A stretch of DNA of 64,000 nucleotides from Candidatus Heimdallarchaeota archaeon. GTDB lineage: Archaea > Asgardarchaeota > Heimdallarchaeia > JABLTI01. The DNA lies in assembly GCA_018238155.1 (NCBI GenBank), contig JABCTZ010000036.1:256001-320000 (forward strand). Reading direction: 5' to 3'. Below are positions 30,733 to 39,697 of the stretch, one piece after another; within the stretch, counting starts at the first letter, position 1, and each line of letters begins with the position of its first letter. The notes below the pieces were generated by a model that was not told the DNA's origin, searched no databases, and was given only the letters and a program-made list of their open reading frames with translations. A program made the translations under genes and the position numbers.

Positions 30733-30765
30733 GGAAATTACTTTCCCCTTATTTCTTTCTTTCTT
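30732..30765 (+). terminator. Putative hairpin plus pyrimidine-tract terminator
   Basis: GGGAAA-TTAC-TTTCCC (30732-30747) followed by CTTATTTCTTTCTTTCTT. Confidence 0.5.
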
Positions 30766-30886
30766 GTAATGGATTACATTCAACTAGAATAATAAATCGA
30801 GGGATTAAAATATTAATAAACTATTTATTTATTGTAACTAAGTAAATAGTCTATTTCTAGACTTAGGAATAAAATGGTGTGATTCT

Positions 30887-31837
30887 TTGTCTCATAAAAA
30901 CTTGGCTGATATGTCTTCCTTAAATAAAGAACTCTTAGAGAAATTAACCAAAATGGGTTATAATACAATTGAATCACTTAGTTGGTTAACTCCTGATGAA
31001 CTCGCAGAAGAAATAAAAGTAGATATAAAAACAGCTCAAAAAATTATCACTGAAGCTATTTCAAATGTTGATTCTCAACAATTTTCTGCGGCAGATTTAC
31101 TTTTGAAAGAGAAACAAAAACAAAGAATTTCTACTGGCTCAAAGAATCTCGATGAACTTTTAGGTGGAGGAATTTATACCGGTGAAATTACAGAGATCTC
31201 TGGAGAATTTGCTACAGGTAAGACACAAATTTGTTTCCAATTATCTGTTAATGTTCAGCTCCCTAATATTCAAGGTGGCTTGGACGGTAGCGTTTATTAT
31301 ATAGATACAGAAGGAACTTTTTCCTCTACAAGAGTTGCTCAGATTGCTAGTGAAAGAGGTTTCGACCCCACAAAATTTCTCGAAAATATTGCTGTAACAC
31401 GTACTTTTAATTCTGATCATTTAATGTTTTTAATTATGAATGTAGAGAAAATAATTCGTCAAAGAAATGTCAAGCTCTTAATTATTGATTCAATAGCGTC
31501 ACATTTTCGTGCTGAATACATCGGTGATAATAAACTTGTTAAAAGACAACAAGTTGTGATGAGTTTAGCTGAAACATTGAAAAAATTGCTAGACCAGTTT
31601 GAACTTGCAATAGTAGTTACTAATCAAGTCATTGCTACATTTGATGAGAGTTTATTTGATAAATCACCTCATCCTGCGTTGGGATTTGCTTGGGCTCATC
31701 GCCCTCATCAACGACTTCTTCTTCGAAAAGGTCGTGGTCCTGCTCGTATTGCTAGAATGTATGATTCATCTAGATTGCCTGACAGGGAATGTATCTTCTT
31801 TTTAGCAAAGCGAGGAATAGTTGATACCGAGAAATAG
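30887..31837 (+). CDS. radA: RadA/Rad51-family recombinase protein (probably a paralogue of canonical RadA)
   Basis: N-terminal HhH-like domain, FSAA polymerisation motif, STGSKNLDELLGGG, Walker A GEFATGKT, YIDTEGTF, Walker B LLIIDS, TNQV. Confidence 0.85.
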   Translation: MSHKNLADMSSLNKELLEKLTKMGYNTIESLSWLTPDELAEEIKVDIKTAQKIITEAISNVDSQQFSAADLLLKEKQKQRISTGSKNLDELLGGGIYTGEITEISGEFATGKTQICFQLSVNVQLPNIQGGLDGSVYYIDTEGTFSSTRVAQIASERGFDPTKFLENIAVTRTFNSDHLMFLIMNVEKIIRQRNVKLLIIDSIASHFRAEYIGDNKLVKRQQVVMSLAETLKKLLDQFELAIVVTNQVIATFDESLFDKSPHPALGFAWAHRPHQRLLLRKGRGPARIARMYDSSRLPDRECIFFLAKRGIVDTEK

Positions 31838-31860
31838 GTTTGAAATTATTAAAATGATTT

Positions 31861-32562
31861 TTATTTTTCTTTCAAATGTTTTTTCCAAGAATTTTGAGGA
31901 ATATTTAGTATTGAAAGGATTTTTGACGAAGAAATTTCTCCTTCTCGAGTTATTTGAGGGACTGGTTGAATAGTAAAATCAATTATTGTTGATGGTTTTC
32001 TGTTTGAAATAACTCCAGAATCAAATATAGCATCAATTTCGGATTCATTAAATGATTTTACAATATCTTGAATATTATATGGGGTTGGTTTTCCAGTTTT
32101 ATTTGCACTTGTAGAAATCAAAGGTTTACCAAGTAGCTGGACAATTGAATTTGCAAATTGATTACTAGAAATTCTGAGTGCGATGCAATTTGAATTTACT
32201 TCATCTGGTATAATTGTTTTTTTCGGTAAAGCTATAACTAAAGGTCCAGGATGAAATCTTTGAATCAACTTTTTCGCAGAAGGACTCACTTCTGCAATTG
32301 TATTTATCATATCAAATGAGTCAACAATAATCGAAAGTGGGTGATCTTTCGGTCTATTCTTAATGGTAAAAATTTTTTTTACCGCTTGGACATTAAAAAC
32401 ATCACAACCTAGTCCATAAGCTGTTTCTGTTGGATAAACAATCACTCCACCATTATTCAAAATTTCAACTGCATTCTTAACAGCGGCAGTATTTTTTCTC
32501 TTAGGATCAATTTGTATTATGATAGTGTATCCCTCAAAATTTAAGTTGTATATTATATCCAT
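31861..32562 (-). CDS. sua5: L-threonylcarbamoyladenylate synthase (TsaC/Sua5 family, no SUA5 C-domain)
   Basis: VYPTETAYGLGC, KNRP, STSANKTG, PSTIID. The start codon is uncertain. Confidence 0.92.
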   Translation of the reverse strand: MDIIYNLNFEGYTIIIQIDPKRKNTAAVKNAVEILNNGGVIVYPTETAYGLGCDVFNVQAVKKIFTIKNRPKDHPLSIIVDSFDMINTIAEVSPSAKKLIQRFHPGPLVIALPKKTIIPDEVNSNCIALRISSNQFANSIVQLLGKPLISTSANKTGKPTPYNIQDIVKSFNESEIDAIFDSGVISNRKPSTIIDFTIQPVPQITREGEISSSKILSILNIPQNSWKKHLKEK

Positions 32563-33593
32563 TCAATTTTTACCTTATCACTACGCCAATCCGGTTTGAC
32601 TTGTGAATCACTTACTTTTAATTCGCCAGATGATTGATATTTTAATATACCACCCCAAGCAATCATTGTTCCATTGTCACTTGCAAATTGATATGGACAT
32701 ACAGAAAGAGTGAGATTCCAATCATCACAAATAGCTTGGAGCATTTCTTGAAATCGTTTATTTCGCGCAAAACCACCAACCACTAATAATTCAGTCATTC
32801 GAGTGTGAGCAATGGCTCTTTCAGCAATTTCTGTTAGCATGGATAAAGCAGTTTCTTGTAAACTATACGCAACGTCTGCGACATCAATCTTGTCTTCTTT
32901 CACTAAGCGAATAGCAGCAGTTAATAAACCTGAAAAACTAACACTCATTCCTTTCACACTATATGGCAGTTGATGATATATCTTACCTTGTGCTGCTACC
33001 TTATCAAAAAGAGGACCTGGCCACGGTTGTTCTGGGTCATGTATGCCGACTTCTCTCGAGAATTTATCAAAACAGTTGCCAACTGAAATATCTAAAGTTT
33101 CACCAAAGATTGTGTAATAATTATTTGTTAAGGAAGATATTTGAGTTGTTCCACCACTAACCAGTAAAATAATGGGATTTTGTGAACCTGTGAGTACTTT
33201 TCCAATTTCAATATGACTTACAACATGATTCACACCTACTAAAGGTACATCAAGAATTTTTGCTAAAGTTCTAGCTATGACAGCTCCTGTTCGTAAACAA
33301 GGACCCATTCCTGGACCTTGAGAGAATGAAATAAGATCAAGATCCTTAGACAACAACTTTGCTTTGTCAAGGGCTTCATTAATAAGTTTTGAACCTACGT
33401 CACTGTGATGTCTTGCAGCTTCTCTAGGATGTATTCCTTGACCAATTGGTGGCAAATAAGAGGAACGGCAGTCAGCTAAAACATCCCCTGAAGAATTTAT
33501 TATTCCCACTCCAAAAGTATGGGCAGTACTTTCAATGCCTAAACTAATCAAATCAAGATCTTCTTTTTTAGTCATTTTGAGAGAAGGATTCAT
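32553..33593 (-). CDS. kae1: tRNA N6-threonylcarbamoyltransferase Kae1 (KEOPS)
   Basis: LGIESTAHTFG, GIHPREAARHH, GPGMGPCLR, NHVVSHIEIG, VSGGTTQ, DNGTMIAW. Confidence 0.95.
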   Translation of the reverse strand: MNPSLKMTKKEDLDLISLGIESTAHTFGVGIINSSGDVLADCRSSYLPPIGQGIHPREAARHHSDVGSKLINEALDKAKLLSKDLDLISFSQGPGMGPCLRTGAVIARTLAKILDVPLVGVNHVVSHIEIGKVLTGSQNPIILLVSGGTTQISSLTNNYYTIFGETLDISVGNCFDKFSREVGIHDPEQPWPGPLFDKVAAQGKIYHQLPYSVKGMSVSFSGLLTAAIRLVKEDKIDVADVAYSLQETALSMLTEIAERAIAHTRMTELLVVGGFARNKRFQEMLQAICDDWNLTLSVCPYQFASDNGTMIAWGGILKYQSSGELKVSDSQVKPDWRSDKVKIEWI

Positions 33594-33715
33594 TTTTTCG
33601 TGCCCACAAACAGTAATTTAGTTATTAATTCAATTATTAATATAGTACACTTTAAAAAGCTAAATAAAATTTGGGAAAATACGAGTAACTAATTCATTAG
33701 AAATAACTGTTGGAA

Positions 33716-34018
33716 TTATTTATTATCAAGTACCAGTGGAAAAACAGTTGCTAGTGCATTGTAAATTGTTTGATTAACATAGCTATCGGCATCTGAAAGT
33801 ATTAACTCAAGTACTTTTTGAAGAACAGTTCCATCATTATCCTTGACCGTATCTTCACTGATAATTGCTGATAATGTTTGATGGGACGTGTGAACATATT
33901 TTCCTTCCTCAACTTTCTGATAACCAGCACTAACTAAAAGTTTGTGGATTTTCTTCAAATCTTTATCCAATTGTGGAGTTCCGATTCTAAGAATCATTGG
34001 TCTTTGTATTTCACCCAT
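33716..34018 (-). CDS. Hypothetical protein, closely coupled to the Arf-like gene
   Basis: 100-aa ORF 12 nt downstream of the Arf stop; GGAG SD overlaps that stop. Confidence 0.65.
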   Translation of the reverse strand: MGEIQRPMILRIGTPQLDKDLKKIHKLLVSAGYQKVEEGKYVHTSHQTLSAIISEDTVKDNDGTVLQKVLELILSDADSYVNQTIYNALATVFPLVLDNK

Positions 34019-34030
34019 TTTATTTTTCTC

Positions 34031-34570
34031 CTATAGTTTATCTAATTCAATAACAATCCATTTTATTGCTTCTTCTACACCTATTCCTTTAGTTGCTACA
34101 GTTGGTTGTATGTGCCAGCTGCGAGCACCCATTTTTTCCAGATTATCTAAATTACAAGCTTTGATAATTTCTTCTAATTGCATACATCCTTCAATATCTT
34201 GTTTATTTGCTATGACCAATAAGGGAACATCTGGAAATTGTGGATCAATCAGAACAGTCCAAAGCTCATTTTTTGCTTCTTCAATTCTTTCACGATCAGA
34301 TGAATCGATAACGAATATAATTGCACTTGCACCTCGCATTAATGTGCCCCATAAATTACGAAAATGCATTTGTCCTCCAAGATCAAAAACACTTAGATTG
34401 ACATTCTGTCTTTGTAAGACTTCTACATTGACACCTATCGTTGGAAGCGTTTCAATACTTTTCTCAAATCTAAGGAAATTTAACATGGTAGTTTTGCCAG
34501 CAGAATCGAGTCCTACAACTGCGATTTTAAATTGCTTTTTTTGTCGGAATAGTTTCTGTAAGAAGCTCAA
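34031..34570 (-). CDS. Arf-family small GTPase
   Basis: N-terminal amphipathic helix SFLQKLF, G1 GLDSAGKT, PTIG, DLGGQ, IFVIDSSDRERIEEA, NKQD, C-terminal G.EEAIKWI. Confidence 0.92.
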   Translation of the reverse strand: MSFLQKLFRQKKQFKIAVVGLDSAGKTTMLNFLRFEKSIETLPTIGVNVEVLQRQNVNLSVFDLGGQMHFRNLWGTLMRGASAIIFVIDSSDRERIEEAKNELWTVLIDPQFPDVPLLVIANKQDIEGCMQLEEIIKACNLDNLEKMGARSWHIQPTVATKGIGVEEAIKWIVIELDKL

Positions 34571-34743
34571 TGAAATCTTCCTCTATATTATGTCAATAAT
34601 ATTTTTTACTAATGATTACTTTTATTATGTTATAACAATTCTACTTTGTCATTCACTATTTCCAAATATAATTAATAAATCCATCTAAACCGCCATTCTT
34701 GAACGAATTTCTAAGAAAGGTGAAATATATTACCTCTAGCAAT

Positions 34744-35493
34744 TCAAATAAGATTTACTGTAATTTCTATTGTATCTAGTCTTTCATCGAACTTTACGAT
34801 ACCTTTGTTATCTAGATTTCTAAGTGCCTTCAAAATAATAACTGGAGGTGTTTTTGAAACTGATTTCTTCAGTTCATCTAAACCCATTGCTTGTTTGCGA
34901 TATGCAAGCGTTGAAAGTATATCTACTTCAGGTATATCGATACGAACTTCCTTTAAGAGGAAATCCAATATGGGACTTACTTGAACATTTTGTTCTTCTT
35001 CTTTTTTAATTTCATCTAATTGTTGTTGAATTTGTACAATTTGATTATTCATACGGTTTTGAGTAACCTCTTTTTCTGAGGTTTTAGCTTTAATGTTCTC
35101 TTTCAATAAAATAATTTGATTTTCTGTTGAGGAGAGTTCTGTTTTTAACTTGTTGAGATTCTTTTCTATTTGTTCCATTTCTAAGGTCAATTTATTACTC
35201 TTTTCTTGTTCTTCTGAAATATTTAATTTAGCACGTTCAGTTTGTTCATTTAATGTGTTAATATCACTTAGTAAACTCTTCTTTTCATTTTGAAGTTGTA
35301 TTTCATCTCGTTTATGATCATTGAGATTCTTTTCTAAATTTTGAGCATTTTGTTCTGCTTTTTCTAGATGAGAGAGTGCTTCTTTGATTTCTAGAAGAGT
35401 TGCTTCAATTTTTTGATGAATGTTTTGGTCCAATTTTTCTAAGCGTTCCTTTTCGGTTAAAATGCTTCTCTTTAAACTAACTAAGTCTGTCAT
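34744..35493 (-). CDS. Coiled-coil protein with C-terminal winged-helix domain
   Basis: ~170-aa heptad-rich region, then EVDILSTLAY...LDELKKSV...ILKALRNLDNKGIVKFD (wHTH pattern). Confidence 0.75.
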   Translation of the reverse strand: MTDLVSLKRSILTEKERLEKLDQNIHQKIEATLLEIKEALSHLEKAEQNAQNLEKNLNDHKRDEIQLQNEKKSLLSDINTLNEQTERAKLNISEEQEKSNKLTLEMEQIEKNLNKLKTELSSTENQIILLKENIKAKTSEKEVTQNRMNNQIVQIQQQLDEIKKEEEQNVQVSPILDFLLKEVRIDIPEVDILSTLAYRKQAMGLDELKKSVSKTPPVIILKALRNLDNKGIVKFDERLDTIEITVNLI

Positions 35494-35505
35494 TCAGTAT
35501 ACCTC

Positions 35506-36252
35506 CTAAAATTTTAAACTCCTATCAATGGTAATCGCACCTGATGATGAATCATATGTAATAAGTTTCCTTTTCATCAAACCTTCTAGTGTTTTTATTA
35601 TTAATTCATCTGAAATCCCGGTAACTTTTGAAATGGTACTTAAATCAGTATTTTTTCGACCTTCAAGTGAATTAATAATTTTTAATTCATTAAACTCAAC
35701 ATGATTTTTCTTTATGAGATATTCAAGAGCCATTCTTTCCCCTTTTATTCTTCTAAGGGTATCTTTTTTCGCTTCAATTTTCTTTTCAAACTCAAGGATC
35801 TTTTTTTCACTTGAGCTAACAATTTCTACAATATTATTAGATATTTTTTTGTTCTCTTCTGAAAAGTTTGAATATTCATCTTTAGCTCCTGCTTGCTTGT
35901 TTTTCGTTTCATTTAATTCTGAATTTATTTCTCTAAGTCGTGTTTCTAATTTAGCTCTATTGTCAACAAGTTCTGATAAATTTGATTGTGCTCCGGATAA
36001 TAGTGTTTCATTTGAACTCTTCTCATCTTTTAGTGTTGTAACCTCTCGAGTAAGAGCATCATTAGTTGATAAATAGTTAGAAATTTCATCTTTACGTTTC
36101 TTTTCAAAATTAATCAGATCCTCTATTGGATTTTTTAAATCTTCTAATCCTTTCTTAGTAACTTTAATTTTTTCTTCAAAATTACTGTTTAATTCTTGAA
36201 TTGTGAGCTCTGATTTTTTAATTGACGATTGTACTTCTGATATATCTGTCAT
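35506..36252 (-). CDS. Coiled-coil protein with C-terminal winged-helix domain (paralogue of neighbour)
   Basis: Heptad-rich region, then ELKIINSL...LSTISKVTGISDELIIKTLEGLMKRKLITYD. ATG 36252 follows GGAG. Confidence 0.75.
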   Translation of the reverse strand: MTDISEVQSSIKKSELTIQELNSNFEEKIKVTKKGLEDLKNPIEDLINFEKKRKDEISNYLSTNDALTREVTTLKDEKSSNETLLSGAQSNLSELVDNRAKLETRLREINSELNETKNKQAGAKDEYSNFSEENKKISNNIVEIVSSSEKKILEFEKKIEAKKDTLRRIKGERMALEYLIKKNHVEFNELKIINSLEGRKNTDLSTISKVTGISDELIIKTLEGLMKRKLITYDSSSGAITIDRSLKF

Positions 36253-36436
36253 AAATTGATTACACTCCACTTCTTTTATATACTTTTTTTCTGAAAAAGA
36301 TTTCGTTTCAATTAATACTTAGTTAATGATATTAATTAATTAGAACTATTCACTAATAAATTAATTTGGTGAAAGATTGAAGAAAAAAGTGAAAATTGAT
36401 TGAAATTTGTTATTTCAATCTTTTAGAGAGCTGCTT

Positions 36437-37822
36437 TTAATCCATATATACATGAGATGCAACTCGTTCTATTACTTCAAGCATTGCAGGTGTATGTTTT
36501 GCTCTAATTGCGTTAACAAAATCATCAGATGGCAAATTTAGTTTCTTAATTTTAGCCCAATCTTGAGAAATCTTCTCTATGAGCGAAACACGGTTAATCA
36601 ATAATGATACACATTCATTATGTTTCTGTTTGGTCATTGTTTGAATGATGTCATTTAAATAAATTGATGTCAGACCTTGGGAAACTTTCTTTTTATCCAT
36701 ATCTAGAATAACTTCATTTGAATAATAAGATAATAAATCTCGATTAACTCTGATAATATCTGCATCTCTAGGATGAATAAAATCTGCAGTATAATTTACT
36801 ATTCTAAGTTCTCTCTCAGGGGCAAAACATTGGATGGTATCAAGAATCATATTTAGTAAAACTTGATTTTTATCTGATTCTGGATCCAATACGATTAGTA
36901 GTAATTTTCTGCTAACTATTGCATCAAAAACTTGATCCATGCCTTTTTTAATTTGTTTAAGTAAGAATGGCATGTTTCCTTTGTCAGTATTTCTTTTTGT
37001 AACTTCTACCCCAAGAGTTCTTTGTGTATCTGGGGTTGAAGTTTGTGGTTGTTGTGTTGTAGTTGATGTTTGAATAGTAGTTTCTACAGGAGAGCTAACA
37101 GGTGCAGGTGCTGGAGTTGGTGTTGCACTTAAAGTAGCTGCTGCTGCAGGGGGAGGAGAATCTGAAAAAGATTTAACTGAATAATAAACTTTATTCCCCA
37201 TTTTTGTGGTGTAAAGAAAACCAGCATTCAATATTTCTTGGATTGTTGCTACAGCTTGTTGAGCTGAACTTTCAGTCATAGCTATGACTTCTTGAAAAGA
37301 TGCAATTTTAGCATCTAAAATTGAACGAGCTGTTTTTTGTAATCTTTGAGGAAGTTCCATAACACTAAGAGTATCTAATTCTCTTCTACTCCCAGACTTG
37401 GTCATTATTCTATTCTCAAAAGCACTTCGTAATTGGTCTAATTTAGCTACAAATCCCTGGAAAACTGAAACATCATCACCTTGCCAGTTCTCAACATAAT
37501 CTTGAGGGAAGATTGCATAGAAAAGTGTTTCAAGTTCAGGAAGTAAAATATCAAGTATTCCTTCTTCATTTGGATCAGAACTAACAACAAAAAATGCCGG
37601 ACCTACTTGCTTGTAAGTTAGTTTTAAATCACCAATCAATTCTTCATTTTGTTGTCCAATACTAACTTTGTTTAAAATGGAATCAATGATTGGTTGAAAA
37701 TCTCCCAAAGAATTTCCTTTTAATTGTGCTTGACCTGGTTCATAATTTCTGTAAACTAACGGAAAATTATTCTTTAAAATTAATACTCGTTTTATCAAAA
37801 CTTTCTTCTCCGAATAAAGCAA
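36437..37822 (-). CDS. Longin-like + wHTH + Pro/Thr linker + DENN/folliculin-like multidomain protein
   Basis: N-terminal longin-like pattern (VLIL..G/FPLVYR...FFVVSSD...F...F); wHTH (LPQRLQKTA...GFLYTTKMGNKVYY); PAPAP/TTTQQP linker; C-terminal DENN-like core. The start may be TTG 37798. Confidence 0.6.
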   Translation of the reverse strand: MLYSEKKVLIKRVLILKNNFPLVYRNYEPGQAQLKGNSLGDFQPIIDSILNKVSIGQQNEELIGDLKLTYKQVGPAFFVVSSDPNEEGILDILLPELETLFYAIFPQDYVENWQGDDVSVFQGFVAKLDQLRSAFENRIMTKSGSRRELDTLSVMELPQRLQKTARSILDAKIASFQEVIAMTESSAQQAVATIQEILNAGFLYTTKMGNKVYYSVKSFSDSPPPAAAATLSATPTPAPAPVSSPVETTIQTSTTTQQPQTSTPDTQRTLGVEVTKRNTDKGNMPFLLKQIKKGMDQVFDAIVSRKLLLIVLDPESDKNQVLLNMILDTIQCFAPERELRIVNYTADFIHPRDADIIRVNRDLLSYYSNEVILDMDKKKVSQGLTSIYLNDIIQTMTKQKHNECVSLLINRVSLIEKISQDWAKIKKLNLPSDDFVNAIRAKHTPAMLEVIERVASHVYMD

Positions 37823-38042
37823 TTATTTCATTTTAGTTCTGCTTTTACTAATAATAAATCCTTCTTTTAAGGATTTAGGCTTTCCTATTATGAATTTATT
37901 TATTTCTTAATTAAAAGAAAAGCTTTTATCGACCTATACAATGGAACATATCGACTCTCAAACTTTCAAGAGTTTTTAATGGAAAATATCAATTTTGGAA
38001 TAAAATGAAAAAATAATTTGGTCAAGTGCAGAGGAAAACTCA

Positions 38043-38897
38043 ATGGCATTTAGTCGTAGTGTAAATGAAGAAAAAGCCTATATTTCGTTCAATTTAGATC
38101 CACGAACTAAACTCTTAATCTTAATGGTGGTATCTTTACTATCTGTTGTAATAAGTGATTTTTTCTTCTTGTTAATGCTTTTTGATTTAGTATTACTTTT
38201 TGCTATTTTATCTAAAGCAAATATAATAAAAATTTGGAAATATGTTAAGCCAACAATTTGGTTAATCATACCGGTTTTTCTTATTCAAACAATTTTTTCC
38301 TATGAAAAATATGGTCCACTAGTAATACTCCCTGAAACTTGGAATCTTATAGGTGGTTTCGTATTAATTAGTGTTGGCTCTCTTTTTTATGCCGGAAGTA
38401 TTTGTTTGAGAATACTCATTCTAGCAGTATCTTCAAGTCTGTTCAGTTTAACTACAGATTCAAATGATTTCTTACATGCTCTTAGAAAGATAGGTTTTCC
38501 ATATGAAATTGCTGTTGTTACTGGCTTAATTATTTATTTTCTACCCATGGTTATTTCTGAAACTACTTCTGTAAGAAATGCGCTAGAAACGAGAGGAGTG
38601 AGTATAAGAAAAGGTCGTTTTCTATCAAGATTAATGACATTTAGAATATTAATCACAGCAATTCTAATGAACTTTATTGAGAAATCAAAATTTCAAGCAA
38701 TGGCAATGGATTCTCGAGGATTTAATTCAAAGATAAGAAGAACAACTATTTGTGATTTGAAGCTCAAAGTAAATGATTATGTGATCATGATTGTAGTAGT
38801 AGCCATATTTGCAGGTATATTCTATTATTTTTGGGAGGAAATAAATTTCTTAGAGAATATATTTGACTATTTTGGAAATATCTTTAACCCAAACTAA
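38043..38897 (+). CDS. ecfT: ECF transporter transmembrane component T
   Basis: LDPRTKL and coupling motifs ALETRG and AMAMDSRGF. Confidence 0.9.
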   Translation: MAFSRSVNEEKAYISFNLDPRTKLLILMVVSLLSVVISDFFFLLMLFDLVLLFAILSKANIIKIWKYVKPTIWLIIPVFLIQTIFSYEKYGPLVILPETWNLIGGFVLISVGSLFYAGSICLRILILAVSSSLFSLTTDSNDFLHALRKIGFPYEIAVVTGLIIYFLPMVISETTSVRNALETRGVSIRKGRFLSRLMTFRILITAILMNFIEKSKFQAMAMDSRGFNSKIRRTTICDLKLKVNDYVIMIVVVAIFAGIFYYFWEEINFLENIFDYFGNIFNPN

Positions 38898-38911
38898 AAG
38901 GTGAACAAAAA

Positions 38912-39697
38912 ATGTTAACAAAATTTATTGGAATAAGTGGTGCAAAGAAATCTGGAAAAACAACCACTATCGAAAAACTCGTACCAAAACTAAATGATTT
39001 AGGCTATAAAATTGGAACAGTAAAAATCGCTTTCAAAGATGTAACTATTGATGTAAATAACGAGCATTTTGATGTTATACGACATCGCAAAGCTAAACCT
39101 GCAAAAACATTATTCAAATCATCAATCGATACAACAGTCTTCATAAATAACGATTTAACTCTGAGAGAATCCCTGAGAGGTTTTGGAAAAGATCTTGATA
39201 TTGTTCTTTTAGAAGGGTTCAAAGAAAACCTTGTTGGATTTCCTCAGATTGTTTTGCTAAATGAGAAAGGGCAAGAATCAAAAGTTGTTGATGAATATAC
39301 AGTAGCAATATCTTCTATCCCTGAATTCAGCTTGAAAAGTTCTGATATGAGATTTGTTTCATTTGATAACCTAACGGAAATTGTTGTAGAGAAGTCTATG
39401 CCTTTATTTCCAGAACTTGATTGTAAACACTGTGGGTATGATGACTGCAACTCTTTAATTAAGGACATTATCCTCGGGAAGAAAAAAGTATTAGATTGTT
39501 ATGTCTTAGAAACAGAAATATCCGATCTTCTTTTACAGGTAAATAATAAAATCATCCCTTGTAATCCATTTGTTCGCACAATTCTAAAAAAAGTCATCAT
39601 TGCTGTTTTACAATCAATAAAAATAGAGGAAGATGATTTTTCTGAAATAGACATCAAAATCTTGTTAGATAAGAAAGAAAGGGAGGATATGAAATAG
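38912..39697 (+). CDS. mobB: Molybdopterin-guanine dinucleotide biosynthesis protein B with Fe-S domain
   Basis: GAKKSGKTT P-loop, DIVLLEGFK, LDCKHCGYDDC...C and an archaeal-type C-tail (VNNKIIPCNPFV). Confidence 0.85.
   Translation: MLTKFIGISGAKKSGKTTTIEKLVPKLNDLGYKIGTVKIAFKDVTIDVNNEHFDVIRHRKAKPAKTLFKSSIDTTVFINNDLTLRESLRGFGKDLDIVLLEGFKENLVGFPQIVLLNEKGQESKVVDEYTVAISSIPEFSLKSSDMRFVSFDNLTEIVVEKSMPLFPELDCKHCGYDDCNSLIKDIILGKKKVLDCYVLETEISDLLLQVNNKIIPCNPFVRTILKKVIIAVLQSIKIEEDDFSEIDIKILLDKKEREDMK

Noticed and set aside
33942-34688. 248-aa plus-strand ORF
   Set aside because: Antisense shadow of the well-supported Arf gene, with no motifs of its own.
34744-36270. SMC/Rad50 or ESCRT-III (CdvB) genes
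   Set aside because: No Walker motifs or hinge, and no recognisable Snf7 core or adjacent Vps4.
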